DNA of 62,112 nt, counting the filler, from a bacterium (lineage in GTDB: Bacteria > JBDRGX01), in NCBI GenBank assembly GCA_043817485.1. It is 7 parts of 7 records of this genome, joined end to end, with 100 filler letters (N's around TTAATTAATTAA, not from the genome) between each part and the next. Parts side by side here need not be neighbours in the genome. Positions count along the whole stretch, not along the records: positions 44,443 to 62,112 come from JBDRGX010000129.1; 6 more parts are not named here. The stretch is one strand, 5' to 3'. Below are positions 48,541 to 59,294 of the stretch, in pieces (the stretch's first letter is position 1; each line of letters starts with the position of its first letter). The position numbers and the translations under genes were made by a program. The notes below the pieces were generated by a model that was given only the letters and a program-made list of their open reading frames with translations, was not told the DNA's origin and made no database searches.

Positions 48541-48707
48541 GGAACAAATTATCTTTGTGCTTTATTCATAAATGTTCTATAGAAACAATATATCAGTAGA
48601 AACATTCGTTTTTATTTTAAATTGAAAATTGAAAATTGAAAATTTATTTCGTATTTTGGTCATTCGAATTTGTTTCGTTTTTCAATATTCGGATTTCGGA
48701 TTTTCTT
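48541..48707 (-). repeat. Copy of the dispersed heptamer/REP composite repeat; supplies the 3' end of the upstream CDS
   Basis: Reverse complement reads AAATCCGAAATCCGAATATTGAAAAACGAAACAAATTCGAATGACCAAAATACG..TTTTCAA repeats..AATGTTTCTACT..AAAGATAATTTGTTCC, collinear with 15490-15625. Confidence 0.75.
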
Positions 48708-49211
48708 ATTAAATACAGGTTTTTCAATAATTTCTATTTTTTTTATTTTTTTAATTAAATTTGTTGTAGAATATCCTTTTATGAATTGTATTATTTTTAC
48801 TTCTCCACCAAATTTCTTAACAGTTTCATATTCAATTATTTTTTCTGCGATATAATCTCCACCTTTTATGTGAATATTTGGCTTTAATGTTTTCAACAAT
48901 TTAATAGGGGTAACTTCTGAAAATATAACTATATAATCAATCATACTTAAAGAAGCTAAAATTAAAGATCTGGCTTTTTCTTTTAATATAGGTCTTTGAT
49001 TTCCTTTTATTTTTTTTATTGAGGTATCACTATTTAGTCCTACAATAAGGATATCTCCATATTTTTTTGCTTGCCATAAATATTTAATATGTCCAGGATG
49101 AATAAGATCAAAACAACCATTAGTAGTAACAATTTTTTCCCCATTTTTTTTTAATTTTTCAACAATATTTTTTAATTCTTCAAGAGTTTTTATTTTTTTT
49201 TGATAATCCAT
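48660..49211 (-). CDS. D-glycero-beta-D-manno-heptose 1-phosphate adenylyltransferase (RfaE domain II)
   Basis: TNGCFDLIHPGH, GLNSD, KGGDY, YSTT. Confidence 0.92.
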   Translation of the reverse strand: MDYQKKIKTLEELKNIVEKLKKNGEKIVTTNGCFDLIHPGHIKYLWQAKKYGDILIVGLNSDTSIKKIKGNQRPILKEKARSLILASLSMIDYIVIFSEVTPIKLLKTLKPNIHIKGGDYIAEKIIEYETVKKFGGEVKIIQFIKGYSTTNLIKKIKKIEIIEKPVFNKKIRNPNIEKRNKFE

Positions 49212-49729
49212 TGTGCAGCCTCAAGTAAATTAGAAGCAATATAATTAGGTTTTGTTTTTCCCATATTTTTTTTACCATAACCAGTTAAAACTAAAATAGT
49301 TTTACATCCGATTTTTTCTCCTAATTCAATATCACTTGCTTTATCACCAATTATAAATGAATTTTTAAAACTAATATTAAATTTTTTACAAATTTTTTTT
49401 ATCAATCCTGTATTAGGTTTTCGGCAAAGACAATTTTCATTTGGATGATGGGGACAATAATAAATTCCATCTAAAAAAGTTTTTTCTTTTAAAAGTCTTT
49501 TTTTTATTTCAGAATGAATTTTTTCTAATGTTAATTCTGTTAAAAATCCTCTATTAATTCCAGATTGATTACTTATAACAAAACAAAGAAAATTATTTTT
49601 TTTAAAAATAGAAATGGCTTTTTTAGAACCTTTAATAAATCTTAATTTTTTCAAATCAGAAAGATATTGTTTTTCAACAATTAAAGTTCCATCTCTATCT
49701 AAAAATATAGCTTTTTGTTTTAGTGCCAA
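49190..49729 (-). CDS. gmhB: D,D-heptose 1,7-bisphosphate phosphatase
   Basis: FLDRDGT, SNQSG, CPHHP..C.CRKP, IGDK.SD. Confidence 0.92.
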   Translation of the reverse strand: MALKQKAIFLDRDGTLIVEKQYLSDLKKLRFIKGSKKAISIFKKNNFLCFVISNQSGINRGFLTELTLEKIHSEIKKRLLKEKTFLDGIYYCPHHPNENCLCRKPNTGLIKKICKKFNISFKNSFIIGDKASDIELGEKIGCKTILVLTGYGKKNMGKTKPNYIASNLLEAAQWIIKKK

Positions 49730-49738
49730 AAAATTCTC

Positions 49739-50338
49739 CTATATTTCAGTTCTGCCTTGAAAAGATTTAGATAGTGTTGCATAATCAGAATATTCAATTT
49801 CGCCTCCAATTGGTATTCCTCGAGCAATACGGCTAATTTTTATGTCAAAAGGTTTTAGTATTTTTAAAAGATAATTAGCAGTAAATTCTCCTTCACTATC
49901 TGGATTAGTAGCAATAATAATTTCTTTAGGTTTGTGTTCTTTGACTCTTTGCAATAAAGAATCAATTTTTAAATCAGAAATGTCAATTCCTTCTAATGGA
50001 GAAATAACACCCATTAAAACATGATATACTCCATTATATCCTTTTGAAGATTCTATTGCCATTAAGTCATTAGAAGATTCTACAACACATATTATAGAAT
50101 TTTCTCTTTGAGGATTTTGGCAAATATTGCAAATTTCTTGTTCTGTAATATGAAAACATATTTTACAATATTTTATTTTTTGTTTTATTATAATAATGGA
50201 GTCTATTAGTTTATTTATTTCTTTATATGGAGTTTTTAAAAGATAAAATGCTAATCTACGAGCTGTTTTTTTGCCAATTCCTGGCATTTTAGATATTTCA
50301 TTTATTAAAATTTCCATAGAATTATAATTATAGTTCAA
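49739..50338 (-). CDS. recR: Recombination protein RecR
   Basis: MPGIGKKTARRLA, C4 zinc finger, YHVLMG, EGEFTA, RIARGIP.G. Confidence 0.96.
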   Translation of the reverse strand: MNYNYNSMEILINEISKMPGIGKKTARRLAFYLLKTPYKEINKLIDSIIIIKQKIKYCKICFHITEQEICNICQNPQRENSIICVVESSNDLMAIESSKGYNGVYHVLMGVISPLEGIDISDLKIDSLLQRVKEHKPKEIIIATNPDSEGEFTANYLLKILKPFDIKISRIARGIPIGGEIEYSDYATLSKSFQGRTEI

Positions 50339-50603
50339 AATATACCCCTTTTTTATGATTTTTATAAAAATAAGTTATGTAAAAATAACAAAAATTAAAA
50401 AATTTGTCAAAAAAAAATTAGAAATAATAATTTTAAGCTTTGTTAAATATTGTTATTATTTGCATTTGTAATATTTGTATATTTCTACATCAGTGTTTTA
50501 AAATACTTGACATTATTAAAAAAATGATTAAATAATTATAACATTTTTCTAAATATTATTAAAAAAAATAAAAAAGTAATTAAATTGATATGGAGGTGTA
50601 ATT

Positions 50604-52034
50604 ATTAAATATAGTTTAATTCTACCTTTTTTAATATTTTTTACTTCTTATATAAAATCTACAGATTTAATAAGAAAACCATCTGTTGCTGGATTATTTT
50701 ATCCTGAAAAAGAAAAAGAATTAAAAAAAATGATTAATTCTTTTTTAGAGAAAACAAATGTGTCTTTAATAAAAGAAGATATTTTTGCTTTAATTTCTCC
50801 TCATGCGGGATATATTTATTCTGGAGAAATTGCAGCTTTTAATTATAAAATTTTGCAAGAAAAAAAACCAGAAATTGTTATTTTAATTGGACCTTCTCAT
50901 CAAGCTTTACTTAAAGGAATAAGTATTTATGAAAAAGGAAAATTTAAAACTCCTTTAGGAGAAGTAGAAATAGATGAGGAATTAGCAGAAAAAATAAAAA
51001 ATTATCATAAAATTATTTATAATGATCCAATTGCTCATATAAAAGAACATTCATTAGAAGTTCAACTTCCTTTTTTACAAGTAGTTTTGAAAAAATTTAA
51101 AATTGTTCCTATTTTGATAAATGAGCCTTCATTAGAAATGTGTAATATTTTGGCAGATGCTATTATAAACAATTTTGGCAATAAAAAAGTAGTGTTAATA
51201 GCAAGCACAGATCTTTCTCATTATCATTCTTATAATAAATCTTGTGAATTAGATGAAAAAGCAATTTCTATTATAAAAGAATTAGATGCTGCAAAATTAC
51301 TTGAAAGTGTTAAAAATAATGAATGTGAATTATGTGGATTAGCTTCTGTTTTAACAACTATTATTGCGAGTAAAAAAATGAAATGTAATGAAGTTTCTTT
51401 ACTTAAATATGCTAATTCTGGAGATACATCTGGAGATAAATCAAAAGTAGTAGGTTATTGTTCTATGGCAATTTATAATTCTAATGAAGAAGCAAATTTT
51501 TTAAATGAAGAAGAAAAAAAAGAATTACTTAATCTTGCTCGAAAAAGTATAGAAGAGTATTTTAATGAAAAAGAAAAAAAAATATCTAATTCTCAAAATA
51601 AAAAATTTGAGGAAAAAAAAGGAATTTTTGTTACTATTCATAAAAAAGGAAAATTAAGAGGTTGTATTGGTTATGTTTTTCCTTATAAAGATCTTTGGAC
51701 ATCAGTCTCTGAAATGGCTATACATAGTGCTTTTAATGATTCACGATTTCCTTCAATAAAAAAAGAAGAATTGAATGATTTAGAAATAGAAATTTCAGTT
51801 TTATCTTCTTTAAAAAAAATAGAAAATATAGATGAAATTAAAATAGGAGTGCATGGTTTATATATAAAAAAAGATTATTATTCTGGACTTTTATTACCTC
51901 AAGTAGCTACAGAATATAATTGGACAAAAAAAGAATTTTTAGAAAATGTATGCTTGAAAGCAAATCTTTCTATTACGAGTTGGAAAGAAAGTGAAATTTA
52001 TATTTTTTCAGCTCAAATTTTTAGTGAGAAATAA
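50604..52034 (+). CDS. AmmeMemoRadiSam protein B (MEMO1) + protein A (AMMECR1) fusion
   Basis: RKPSVAGLFYP upstream of ATG 50730, PHAGY.YSG, EHSLEVQLPF, STDLSH, LRGCIG, LLPQV; likely ATT start. Confidence 0.88.
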   Translation: MKYSLILPFLIFFTSYIKSTDLIRKPSVAGLFYPEKEKELKKMINSFLEKTNVSLIKEDIFALISPHAGYIYSGEIAAFNYKILQEKKPEIVILIGPSHQALLKGISIYEKGKFKTPLGEVEIDEELAEKIKNYHKIIYNDPIAHIKEHSLEVQLPFLQVVLKKFKIVPILINEPSLEMCNILADAIINNFGNKKVVLIASTDLSHYHSYNKSCELDEKAISIIKELDAAKLLESVKNNECELCGLASVLTTIIASKKMKCNEVSLLKYANSGDTSGDKSKVVGYCSMAIYNSNEEANFLNEEEKKELLNLARKSIEEYFNEKEKKISNSQNKKFEEKKGIFVTIHKKGKLRGCIGYVFPYKDLWTSVSEMAIHSAFNDSRFPSIKKEELNDLEIEISVLSSLKKIENIDEIKIGVHGLYIKKDYYSGLLLPQVATEYNWTKKEFLENVCLKANLSITSWKESEIYIFSAQIFSEK

Positions 52035-52543
52035 TGATTAAAAAAATATTTTGTTTAATTTTTTTGATAGGATGTTTAAGTTGTAAATCTCAAAATACAA
52101 ATTATTTAAATAATGTTTTTAATAAAATGGAATTAAAAGCAGATTATAATTTGGCTGGTGTTGTAATCAAAAATAATGGAGATCCAAACGAAGATTGGGA
52201 ATTACAATCTAATAAGCTTTTTATTTTTGAAAAAGAAGATGTTGCTTATTTAGAAAATGTTAAAATAATATTTCGAACACAAGGTTCTACTTTAAATGCA
52301 AAAGAAGCAAAGTTTTTTTTAGAAAATGAAAATTTTATTTTTAAAAAAAATGTTTGTGTAGTTTCTAATGAAGGAGTTAAATTAAAAACAGAATTACTTG
52401 AATGGGATTCAAAAAATAAAAAATTTACTACAGATAAAAATGTTAAAATAATATCAAAAAAAGGCGATATTATTTTAGGAAAAGGAATAGAAGCAGATAT
52501 GGGGCTTAAAGTTTTTAAAATAAAAGAACTTAAGTTTAATTAA
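52034..52543 (+). CDS. lptC: LPS export periplasmic protein LptC
   Basis: LKTELLEWD..F.TD..V.I..G.G.EAD; precedes lptA-lptB. Confidence 0.75.
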   Translation: MIKKIFCLIFLIGCLSCKSQNTNYLNNVFNKMELKADYNLAGVVIKNNGDPNEDWELQSNKLFIFEKEDVAYLENVKIIFRTQGSTLNAKEAKFFLENENFIFKKNVCVVSNEGVKLKTELLEWDSKNKKFTTDKNVKIISKKGDIILGKGIEADMGLKVFKIKELKFN

Positions 52544-52631
52544 AGATTGTGATATTACTAAAAAAATTAATATGTTAATTTGTGAATGATTTATTAATAG
52601 AGAATTTGAGTTTTTATAAAATTACAAAAAA

Positions 52632-53291
52632 ATGGAGGTTTTTTTGAATATTAAAAATTTATTTTTTGTTTTTTGTTTTCTTATATTATCTTTTTGTTTA
52701 ATAAAAGCAGAAGAAAAAAAAGAAGAAAAAATTTATTTAAGTGCTGATAATGCTGAATATTATTATGATGAAAAAGCAGAATTAACTACTTTTTTACAAG
52801 GAAATGTATTTTGTAAAAGTGGTGAAACAGAATTTTATGCTGATGAAGCAAAAGTTTATAAAAAAGGTGAAACAGTATTTCTTCAAAAAAATATAAAAAT
52901 TATTGATAAAAAAAGAAATTTTACATTATTTGGGAATGAAGCTTTTTATGAAAAAACAAAAAAATACATTAAAGTAATAGGTCCTTCAAAACTTATTTCT
53001 GATGATATGGAAGTTAAAGGAGAAATAATAGAAATTTTTGGTGAAGAAAAAATAGCCAAAATACAAGGAATAGTTGATTTTACCAAAAAAGAAATTAAAG
53101 CACAAGCAAGTTCAGCAATATATTATGATGTAGATAGGAAAATTGAATTTATTGATAATGCTAAAATATGGAAAGAAAAAGAATTAGAAATTATTGGTAA
53201 AAAAATAACTTATTATTTGGATAATAAAAAACTTATAATAGAAGGAGAGGTAAAAGCAAATATTATTCCAAAACAAGAGGAAAAAAAATAA
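52632..53291 (+). CDS. lptA: LptA/OstA family protein
   Basis: Signal peptide, LSAD, GNV, G..ITY beta-jellyroll pattern; TTG 52644 may be the start. Confidence 0.7.
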   Translation: MEVFLNIKNLFFVFCFLILSFCLIKAEEKKEEKIYLSADNAEYYYDEKAELTTFLQGNVFCKSGETEFYADEAKVYKKGETVFLQKNIKIIDKKRNFTLFGNEAFYEKTKKYIKVIGPSKLISDDMEVKGEIIEIFGEEKIAKIQGIVDFTKKEIKAQASSAIYYDVDRKIEFIDNAKIWKEKELEIIGKKITYYLDNKKLIIEGEVKANIIPKQEEKK

Positions 53292-54025
53292 TGAAAACAT
53301 TGATTACAAATGAATTAGTTAAAATATATAAAAAAAGAAAAGTAGTTAATGAAGTAAGTTTTCAAGTTAAGCAAGGAGAAATAATAGGACTTTTAGGTCC
53401 TAATGGAGCTGGTAAGACTACTACTTTTTATATGATTGTAGGATTAGTAAAACCAGATAATGGAAAAATTTTTATACAAAATGATGAGAAAAAAGAGGAT
53501 ATTACTAGATTACCAATGTATCAAAGAGCAAAAAAAGGAATTGGTTATCTTTCTCAAGATAGTTCAGTTTTTCGCAATTTAACTGTTGAAGAAAATATAA
53601 AAGCTATTTTAGAAGTATTAAATTTAAGTAAAGCACAACAAAAAGAAAAATTAGATTTTTTATTAAAAGAATTTGGGATAGAGCATATTGTTAAAAACAA
53701 AGCATATTCTTTATCTGGAGGTGAAAGAAGACGAGTAGAAGTTTGTCGTACTTTAGCAACTGAGCCTTTATTTATTCTTTTAGATGAACCTTTTTCTGGG
53801 ATTGATCCTATTACTGTTGAAGATATTCAATCTATTATTATTCAATTAAAAAATAATGGTTTTGGTATTATTATTACAGATCATAATGTTAGAGAAATTC
53901 TTAAAATTGTAGATAGAGCTTATATAATTCAAGATGGAAAAATTTTTGCATCAGGATTACCAAAAGAAATAGAAGAAAATTCATTAGTAAGAAAAAATTA
54001 CTTAGGAGAAAATTTTAAAATATAA
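53291..54025 (+). CDS. lptB: LPS export ABC ATPase
   Basis: GPNGAGKTT, LSGGERRRVE, LLDEPF.GIDP, ITDHNVRE, YLGENF. Confidence 0.96.
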   Translation: MKTLITNELVKIYKKRKVVNEVSFQVKQGEIIGLLGPNGAGKTTTFYMIVGLVKPDNGKIFIQNDEKKEDITRLPMYQRAKKGIGYLSQDSSVFRNLTVEENIKAILEVLNLSKAQQKEKLDFLLKEFGIEHIVKNKAYSLSGGERRRVEVCRTLATEPLFILLDEPFSGIDPITVEDIQSIIIQLKNNGFGIIITDHNVREILKIVDRAYIIQDGKIFASGLPKEIEENSLVRKNYLGENFKI

Positions 54026-54044
54026 AGGAAACATTTATATTTGA

Positions 54045-54204
54045 TACTAAGTTACAAAAAGAGTAGTAATAATTAAAAATTCGAAATCCGAATATCTAAA
54101 TCCAAAACAAATTTTAATGACAAAAATACAAATGTTCGAAACAAAGAAAAACGAATATCGAATATGGTAATTTACAACATTTTATTTCTGATTGCAAATT
54201 GGTA
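54045..54204. mobile_element. MITE, family A
   Basis: TACTAAGTTACAAAAAGA ... TCTGATTGCAAATTGGTA; interior homologous to 15457-15702. Confidence 0.65.
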
Positions 54205-54230
54205 TTAAAAGATTTTTAAGGGAATTTATT

Positions 54231-55685
54231 ATGGAACAAAAATTATCTCAAAAATTAGTTCAAACGCAAAAACTTATAATAACTCCACAACTTCTACAAT
54301 CACTCAAAATAATGCAAATATCTCGATTGGAATTAGTAGATTTAATTCATCAAGAAATGCAAGAAAATCCAGTTTTAGAAGAAAGAGAAAAAACATTTGA
54401 ATCTACAAACGAATTTGTAAATGAATTTGCAAAAACAGAAGAAACAGAAGAAAAAGATGAATCAATTTCTGAAGAAAAAGAAAATTTACCAGATGTTGAT
54501 TTTGATTGGGTGGAAGATTTTTCTTTTACAGAAAAGGAGAATTTTTCTCAAGATAAAGGAATGCTTGAAAAAAATTTTTTAGAAAATATTTCAGATTCTC
54601 TTCCTTCATTACAAGAAACTTTATTATGGCAACTTCGATTAACATCTAAAAATGATATTGATTGGAAAATTGGAGAAGAAATTATTGGAAATATTGATGA
54701 TAATGGTTATTTGAATAATAGTTTAGAAGAAATTAGTGAAAAATTAAATTTAGATATTGAAAAAGTTTATGATGTTCTTTTGTTAATTCAAACATTTGAT
54801 CCGATTGGAGTAGGAGCAAGAAATTTAAGAGAAAGTCTACTTATTCAAAAAAGAGATTTAAATATAGATAATCCATTACTTGGAAGAATTATTTTAAATT
54901 GTTATGATAAAATAACTTCTGACTCTTATTCGGAAATAGCAGGTTTGTTAAACACTACTATTTCTGAAGTAAAAGAAGCTATAGAAATAATTGCAAAGTT
55001 AGAACCATATCCAGGGTTAAAATATAATAATGAAAAACCTAAATATATAATTCCTGATATTTTAATTGAAAAAATAGAAGATACATATGAAATTATTTTT
55101 AATACAGAAGGAATTCCTCCTTTAAAAATAAATACATATTATAAAAAAATATTAGCAGAAAAAAATGAAATTGAATTAGAATTTTGTAAGTATATTCAAA
55201 ATAAAATTAGAAGAGCAAAAGAAATTATTAAAAGCATTGAACAAAGAAAAAGTACTATTTATAAAATTGCCCAAAGTATTTTTTTTAAACAAGAAGAGTT
55301 TTTAGAAAAAGGGATTCAATATCTTAAGCCCCTTAATCTTCAACAAATTGCTGAGATGATTGGTATGCATATTTCAACTATAAGTAGAGCTGTAACTGAT
55401 AAATATGTTCAAACCCCACAAGGAGTATTTGAATTAAAGTATTTTTTTTCATCAGGAATAAAACAAGAAGGGATGCAAAGTTCTTCTATTAGTATAAAAG
55501 AAATGATGAAAGAAATTATAAATGAAGAAAATGTTTATAAGCCCTATACAGATAATGAAATAGTAGAAATTTTTAAAAAAAAAGAAATTAATATAGCTCG
55601 AAGAACAATTGTTAAATATAGAGAAGATATGGGAATTTTATCTTCAAATAAGAGAAAAAGAAAAAATGGAAATTATTGCAACTAA
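54231..55685 (+). CDS. rpoN: RNA polymerase sigma-54 factor
   Basis: [29 protein letters not shown], RpoN box [10 protein letters not shown]. Confidence 0.96.
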   Translation: MEQKLSQKLVQTQKLIITPQLLQSLKIMQISRLELVDLIHQEMQENPVLEEREKTFESTNEFVNEFAKTEETEEKDESISEEKENLPDVDFDWVEDFSFTEKENFSQDKGMLEKNFLENISDSLPSLQETLLWQLRLTSKNDIDWKIGEEIIGNIDDNGYLNNSLEEISEKLNLDIEKVYDVLLLIQTFDPIGVGARNLRESLLIQKRDLNIDNPLLGRIILNCYDKITSDSYSEIAGLLNTTISEVKEAIEIIAKLEPYPGLKYNNEKPKYIIPDILIEKIEDTYEIIFNTEGIPPLKINTYYKKILAEKNEIELEFCKYIQNKIRRAKEIIKSIEQRKSTIYKIAQSIFFKQEEFLEKGIQYLKPLNLQQIAEMIGMHISTISRAVTDKYVQTPQGVFELKYFFSSGIKQEGMQSSSISIKEMMKEIINEENVYKPYTDNEIVEIFKKKEINIARRTIVKYREDMGILSSNKRKRKNGNYCN

Positions 55686-56106
55686 TAGAAAAGCTAAATT
55701 TGATTATTATTTTATAGAAATTTATGAAGCTGGAATTGTTTTAACAGGATGTGAAATAAAATCTGTTAGAGAAAAAAAAATAAATTTTAAAGATAGTTTT
55801 GCTCAAATTAAAAATAATCAAGTTTATTTATATAATTTACATATTAGTCCTTATGAAAAAGGAAATAGATTTAATTTAGAAGCTACAAGAGTTAGAAAAT
55901 TATTGTTAAAAAAAAAAGAAATAAAATATATTTTTGGACAAGTATGTCAAAAAGGACTTACATTAATACCTATTGAAATATATTTAAAAAGAAATTTAGC
56001 AAAGGTAAAATTAGCATTAGCAAAAGGTAAAAAAACATATGATAAAAGAGAAACAATAAAAAAAAGAGATGTAGAAAGAGAGTTAAAAAGAATGTATAAA
56101 AAATAA
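55666..56106 (+). CDS. smpB: SsrA-binding protein
   Basis: [33 protein letters not shown]. Confidence 0.96.
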   Translation: MEIIATNRKAKFDYYFIEIYEAGIVLTGCEIKSVREKKINFKDSFAQIKNNQVYLYNLHISPYEKGNRFNLEATRVRKLLLKKKEIKYIFGQVCQKGLTLIPIEIYLKRNLAKVKLALAKGKKTYDKRETIKKRDVERELKRMYKK

Positions 56107-56199
56107 AGTTTTTCTTGACAATTTTAAAAATATAAAACAAACATTTTTTTAAAATAAATTTAGAATTTTATTGTATTTTTTTAATTGGGGGGCATTGTT

Positions 56200-57687
56200 A
56201 TGATAAAATTAAAAAAACTTTTATTAATAATAGTTTTTTTAAGCATATTTTTAATTAATTTTGGATTATCTATTACTTCTACTGTTAATTGGTTAAGATG
56301 GGGTTCTTCTGCACGATTATTTGGAACTGGAGAAAGTGGAACTGCTTTAATTGATGATGTATCAAGTACTTATTGGAATCCAGCTGGTCTTGCTCACATT
56401 GAAAATCCGCAAATGTCTTTTATTTATGTAGAAACACCTTTAGGAGAGGCTGGATATAATTATTCATATTTTTCTTATGCTCATCCAATAACAATATTTG
56501 GACAAAAATGTATTATGGGTGAATCTATTTATTATATGGGAATAGATACACATTTAACACCTAATACAGTTGAAGAATGTGAAGAATTAATAAGACAAAC
56601 TGGAAATCCACAAATAGGAGTAATAAAATATGTAGATACTTGCGGTACTTTTGGATTTGGTTGGCAAATAAAAGAAAAATTGTTAGCTGGAATAAGTTAT
56701 AAACTAATTTATAGTGATACTTGGGCTACTTATGATGAAAAAATAGTAAAAAATTTTAATATAGATAGAAGAAAGAATGTTCATAGAAATCAAGCATTTT
56801 CATGGGCTTTTGATTTGGGAGTAGTTTATAAAATTACAGATGAAATAAAATTTCCATTTGTAAATTATTCTATTAAAAATATGCGATTTGCACCAGTTTT
56901 AAAAAATATAGGACCAGATTTAGAAAGAAAATCTTCTACTACACCAGGCAAAGTAACAGCTGATCCTTTACCACATCAATTAATTTTTGGGATAGGATGT
57001 GATCTTTATGATCAAGGAGTTCATAGAATTACTTTTACAGCAGATCCTTATTTTTTAGTAGGAAAATCTTTTAAAGTAGTTAATAGTACTTATGTAGAAT
57101 GGAAAAGTAAATATGAAACAGAAAATGGGAAAGTAGTTTATAATAAATATAACAATGTTTTGTGGAATGAAAAAAATCAAACAAAAGGGAAAATTACTTA
57201 TGAACAATTTAATGAATTACAAGAAAGAAGACAAGAAAAACATTGGCCTTATGACAGATGGCAAAAAAGAGAAAATGCTGGGTATCAAGATGGAAATAAT
57301 GTAGAAATAATTAATGATAATAATGTTAATAATCCAAAATCAGGAGAAGAAGGAGATATACAAATAAAAAATTGGGAAAAAAGTAATAATAAAAAAATCT
57401 CTAAATTTCCAGAAATTTGTATTGCTACTACTGAAAGTACACGAGATGCTTTATTTAATGTTAATTTTGGATTAGAATATTGTTATGGAGATATTTTAAG
57501 TTTAAGAATAGGAAGAATGGCACGATTAATAGAATCTTCTTTAGTAGATCCATCTTTTAAAAATACTTTTACTGCTGGAATTGGTGTAAAATTAAAAAAA
57601 TATGTTCTTGATTATGCTTATTTGCCTTGGGGTAGTGGAGAACAAAAAACTCATATTTTTTCTATTAAAATTTTATTTGAAGGATAA
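56200..57687 (+). CDS. PorV/PorQ-like outer membrane beta-barrel with long insertions
   Basis: SARLFGTGE, YWNPAGL, FDLG, KNIG, GLEY..LR.G, TAGIG..DYAY. Confidence 0.75.
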   Translation: MIKLKKLLLIIVFLSIFLINFGLSITSTVNWLRWGSSARLFGTGESGTALIDDVSSTYWNPAGLAHIENPQMSFIYVETPLGEAGYNYSYFSYAHPITIFGQKCIMGESIYYMGIDTHLTPNTVEECEELIRQTGNPQIGVIKYVDTCGTFGFGWQIKEKLLAGISYKLIYSDTWATYDEKIVKNFNIDRRKNVHRNQAFSWAFDLGVVYKITDEIKFPFVNYSIKNMRFAPVLKNIGPDLERKSSTTPGKVTADPLPHQLIFGIGCDLYDQGVHRITFTADPYFLVGKSFKVVNSTYVEWKSKYETENGKVVYNKYNNVLWNEKNQTKGKITYEQFNELQERRQEKHWPYDRWQKRENAGYQDGNNVEIINDNNVNNPKSGEEGDIQIKNWEKSNNKKISKFPEICIATTESTRDALFNVNFGLEYCYGDILSLRIGRMARLIESSLVDPSFKNTFTAGIGVKLKKYVLDYAYLPWGSGEQKTHIFSIKILFEG

Positions 57688-57767
57688 TTAAAAGTTTAAA
57701 AGATTGGTTATGTTTTAAAATTGATTTTATTGAAAAATTAAAAATAATTCAAAGAAAGGTAATATTT

Positions 57768-58112
57768 TTGCAAAAAAAAAGAAAAAATAATCAAATTTTT
57801 TTTTTATTATTTTTTAGTATACTTGCATTACTTTTATATTTATTTGGTTTTTCTAAAAATGGATATTGGGAAAAATATAAATTATCGCAACAAATAAAAA
57901 CAATAAAAAAAGAAATAAAAATTATTGAAGAAAATAATTTAAAATTAAAAAAAGAAATTAGTACTTTGAAAAATAATAACGATTATATTGAAGAAATAGC
58001 GAGGCAAGAATTAAAAATGATTAAACCAGGAGAAATTGTTTATAAAATAAATTTTGAAAATGTAGAAAAGAAAAACAAAAATCAAAGGAAAAATACAAAT
58101 GAGAAAAAATAA
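57768..58112 (+). CDS. Septum formation initiator (FtsB/DivIC)
   Basis: TM helix, coiled coil, YIEEIARQELKMIKPGE. Confidence 0.88.
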   Translation: MQKKRKNNQIFFLLFFSILALLLYLFGFSKNGYWEKYKLSQQIKTIKKEIKIIEENNLKLKKEISTLKNNNDYIEEIARQELKMIKPGEIVYKINFENVEKKNKNQRKNTNEKK

Positions 58113-58737
58113 ATATGTGTTTTTATTTTTATTTTTAATTACTTTTTGTTTTGCTAATGAAGAAAAAATTCTTCAACAAGGTGATGTACTTAAAATAATA
58201 ATAGAAGAATATAGCGAAAATCCAATTGTTTCAACAATTAATTCTGAAAATATAATAATTATACCTATAATTGGAAAAATAAAAGCTACTGGAATAACAA
58301 TTATTGAATTAAAAAAACAAATAGAAACTTCTTTGTCTACCTATCTTAAAAATCCAAAAGTAATTATTAGCTTAGAAGAGGATATATCTTGCAAAATACT
58401 TATTTTAGGAGAAATATCGAAGCCAGGGGTATATCCATTTAGAGAGCAAGAAAATTTTTTAAGAATTATTGCTACAGTAGGTGGTTTTACACCAAATGCA
58501 AATTCAAAAAAAGTAAAAATAATTAGGGGAGTAAAAGGAAATTCTCAAGTAATTAAAATAAATATGGAAGATTTTTTAAATACAGGAAATTATTCTTTAC
58601 TACCTAAATTAGAAAAAGAAGATATTATTATTGTTCCACCAAAATCTTCAATTAGTCTGTGGAGAAAAACAATGACATTTCTTACTGATGCATTTATAAT
58701 TCATACTTTTCTTAAAATATTAGGTGTTTTAAAATAA
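58099..58737 (+). CDS. Polysaccharide export / SLBB protein (Wza-like)
   Basis: GDVL, PIIGKI.A.G, GEISKPGVY, GGFT, DIIIVP. Confidence 0.85.
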   Translation: MRKNKYVFLFLFLITFCFANEEKILQQGDVLKIIIEEYSENPIVSTINSENIIIIPIIGKIKATGITIIELKKQIETSLSTYLKNPKVIISLEEDISCKILILGEISKPGVYPFREQENFLRIIATVGGFTPNANSKKVKIIRGVKGNSQVIKINMEDFLNTGNYSLLPKLEKEDIIIVPPKSSISLWRKTMTFLTDAFIIHTFLKILGVLK

Positions 58738-58802
58738 TTTCAAAAAAAGTTGACAAAGTTTATATTTAAGTTATTTATTTTTTTTTAAAAGGAGATGATA
58801 TA

Positions 58803-59279
58803 ATGAAAAAAATAGCTTTATTAATAGGAATTTTATTTTTTTTTAGTTTAATTTATGGAGAAGAAGAAATTGTAGAAAAACAAGAAGTATATTTAAGTGG
58901 ACAAGTGCTTATTCCAGGTTTATACCAAATTTGTCAAGAAAAACAATTAGTTAAGGGATTTTTATTAATGGGTGGAGAAATTGTGTGTTTAACTACAGGA
59001 ATAATGGCTTATTCTAATAGTGAGAAACTTTTTAAAAAATATAATGATTTAAAACAAGGTAATTCTGCAGAATGGGATAAAAAATATAATGATTATAAAA
59101 GTTCATATAAAACAATGCAAATGTTATTTATTGGAGCAGGTGCTTTTTATGCAATAAATTTTATAGATGCTTTAATTCATTTTAAGAAAACTGTAGCATG
59201 TAATCAAAATTTACAAAATAAAATAGTTTTTAATTATAATTTACAAAAAATAAAAGTGGGATATAAACAAGAATTTTAA
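58803..59279 (+). CDS. Hypothetical exported/membrane protein
   Basis: Signal peptide, IPGLYQ..KG, YAINFIDA. Confidence 0.65.
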   Translation: MKKIALLIGILFFFSLIYGEEEIVEKQEVYLSGQVLIPGLYQICQEKQLVKGFLLMGGEIVCLTTGIMAYSNSEKLFKKYNDLKQGNSAEWDKKYNDYKSSYKTMQMLFIGAGAFYAINFIDALIHFKKTVACNQNLQNKIVFNYNLQKIKVGYKQEF

Positions 59280-59294
59280 CTTTAGGAGAAAAGA

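Noticed and set aside
5406-48855. Many antisense or overlapping 60-130 aa ORFs in the track (e.g. 19915-20301, 25891-26196, 45454-45738)
   Set aside because: Shadows of well-supported genes or of repeats; no motifs or RBS.
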